Below, one piece after another: positions 61,678 through 64,000 of a DNA stretch of 64,000 nucleotides (its first letter is position 1; each line of letters opens with the position of its first letter). A program made the position numbers and the translations under genes. This DNA comes from Macrostomum lignano. Its lineage: Eukaryota. The notes under the pieces were generated by a model that was given only the letters and a program-made list of their open reading frames with translations, was not told where the DNA came from and ran no database searches. The stretch is from NCBI GenBank assembly GCA_002269645.1, contig NIVC01000221.1:186001-250000 (forward strand), given 5' to 3'.

Positions 61678-62832
61678 CAAGGCTAAAGCTGGTCTGCACT
61701 GGCAAACACTGAGAAGAATCTGAGAAAAAATCGTAGCAGGCTTTTAAAAATACACGAGAATCATATTTTGGCAATTCTTTGAGTGTTTATGAGTGTTTCT
61801 AATATCAACTGCAAATCTGAAACTTTAAGCTAGGGTCTCCTTATTGATGGAGTCGACAAATTGAGAGCCGTTTTGAGACACGTGGATCAGGACATCGAAC
61901 GCCAATCAGGCCAGATCCAGTGATCGTGCAGCTACGAGCGTAGTTGAAGAGAGCCATGGACCAGATTTGTTAGTTGATGACAGCCCGATGTCGATAGCAT
62001 CTCAGGAGTTTGTTCAAAAGCAGTCTGGTGAAAGAGAGAGAATGAAAAGCGAATTGTTTAGGTTCCGATGGAGGGAAGCGAGGTCTTGTCAGCATTAGAG
62101 GCTCAAGTACAAATTTTGTGGTTCTCAATAAACTACACCTCCTGAGTCAACCTTAGCGTTATCCAAATCGCAGAGTAGACAGACCGACAGCTGGAAAAAA
62201 TATCAGATAACATTCATAGTAAAAAGAATGAATGTCCAGATATCTGAGTTTGCAACCATTGAAGTTCAGGAAACTGGGAGGCTAGACATCTGACTGGTGA
62301 CAGTGAATTTACGGAAAGCGGAAACACTCTCATCTGTAGCAGATTTGCTGCTGGGAAGAAAAACTGGAGCATCTCCCTGATGCCTCTTGTGAGCGCATAC
62401 AAAAAACGGAGAAGAAATTTTAGCCGTCTTCCGGCAAATTCACCTGCAGAAATGTGGAAACAGGTTGGAAAAACAAAGCTGTGAGACACATGCTGCCAGC
62501 TTCTGTAAAAACTCGCTGCTAAAGAAGCAATTCAAAAATGCTTTTGCAAGCAGGTGATCGCCTCAGTCTCTCCCTGCCTCTTCTTGCCCAGCGTAATTGA
62601 CGATGATTCAGTTCTTTTATGTTGGCTGTTTGAAAGCTCGTTAATCGATATTTCAAACACAGTTTGTACTTAAAGTAGCATATCAGTTATCTACACAGAT
62701 CTTAGCTCAAAGCGCAGTGATACATGTAGATCTGCAAATAACCTATCAGATTAGCCCACTGAAAAACTATATAAAGCTGTGCAAAGTCGTCTAGTGAGCA
62801 GGAGCAAGAAGCCCAGGTATACAATTTTAAAC

Positions 62833-63551
62833 ATGTTCTACAGACATTCAGTCGTTCTGGTCGCTGTATGCACCTTCTTTGTCCTCGCCGCTGGCAGGGT
62901 GATAGAGTTTTCTTACGTTGGCTGCTTTAAAGACGAAGGAAGCAACAGAGCCTTAAACGGATTCGTGGATGTCACAAGCGTTGGCCGATACGGGAACACA
63001 GTACATTCGGCCATCCGTAATAGCGGGATGACCCACGAAATGTGCGGCAGCATTTGCTCCTTGGGCGGATTCCTAGCTGTTTTTCGGGGTGCAGCACCTA
63101 CTGCTACTGCGGCTCATCCTATGGCTCAGTCGGATCAGTCGCTGACAGCCTGTGCAGCACTGTGAGCTCTGGAAACTCCAGTCAAATGTGTGGAGGCAGT
63201 TACAAAAACTCAGTTTTCGCTTTGACCTACCCGAGTGAGTGTTCATACTAAAAGTGTAAACTGTTAGCGACCAATGAATCAACGTGGGCCTATTCCCTAA
63301 ATTATTTCATTTCGCAATTTCAGATAGCAAATGTTTTCAACAGACTGCCAGGCAAACCCTCACAGTGACTGCCTCGCGACAGATCCACTGGACCCGCCCT
63401 ACAGGTTACCTGTGTGATGCTGTGCGAGGCCTCAGCTGAGTGCCAGGCTGTGATTTTCTCTGGCCAGCAGCGCCTGTGCCACCTGCTGAGGTTCGCCTAC
63501 CCGCCTGCACACCTGAGCAGCACCGATGGGGTGTACTATGTTCGTGGCTGA
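62833..63551 (+). pseudogene. Class-2 WSC + PAN gene, frameshifted (exon 1 62833-63234, exon 2 about 63325-63551)
   Basis: Signal peptide + SYVGCFKD..MTHEMCGSICSLGGF, frameshift near 63085, then YCYCGSSYG..QMCGG..LTYP|gtgagt. Exon 2 TCVMLCEASAECQAVIFSGQQRLCHLL also needs a frameshift. Confidence 0.8.
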
Positions 63552-64000
63552 GACTTGAAATAAGAAGATCTATTTATTTAATAGAAGATAAGACGCAAAT
63601 TAAAACCCTACAAATGTGCATGCTTTGATAATGATTTTCAAAATCAAACCTATATTTTTCTCAACAAAACATACTTGACTACAGCTAATCCCCCCATTAA
63701 CTCACGCTGGCACACGGCTTAAGAGTTTTGCACGCCATCAGGGTAAAGCAATGGTACAGCCATCAAGCATGTCTGGGACTTAGTAATGCGAAGACGTCAG
63801 TAGGGTGCCTAGCAGAATGCTAAACAGATTTGCGTCTGCCGGTTCTGAATGTCCGGCAGCAGTTGCCATAAGCGTTCATCAACGGGCTGGTGAATCAGCT
63901 GATACCACGACGAGTGACAGCACTTTTGCGTGCTCGTGCATGGTTCCTGGACACGCTACTGAAACTGGAATTAAAGACACTGCCACGTGACAGAGTCAGT

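Overview
Eukaryotic (animal-type) genomic DNA with spliceosomal introns. The species cannot be determined from the sequence. (1) Positions 1-7.6 kb hold the 3' part of a kinesin-14 (KIFC3-like, C-terminal motor) gene. Its introns carry a telomere-like 11-mer array, minisatellites, two tRNA-derived SINE heads and a hAT-type MITE. (2) From about 10.8 kb to the window end lies a tandem family of small two-exon genes for secreted proteins: signal peptide + WSC domain, then a PAN/apple-like domain. There are five apparently intact copies and at least six truncated or pseudogenised relics, partly within a large tandem segmental duplication (about 22-43 kb vs 54-64 kb). Paralogs show discrete hypervariable loops in a nearly invariant framework and signs of gene conversion. 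A 28-bp VNTR starts in the last codons and stop codon of each intact gene. (3) The cluster is heavily invaded by mobile elements: a decayed LOA/R1-type LINE with RNase H, an APE-RT LINE interrupted by a young leaderless Mag-type Ty3/Gypsy element, a nearly intact Crypton-like tyrosine-recombinase element, a mariner, a CACTA/EnSpm-like element with a BEN-domain gene, a Gypsy gag relic and a CORE-like SINE.
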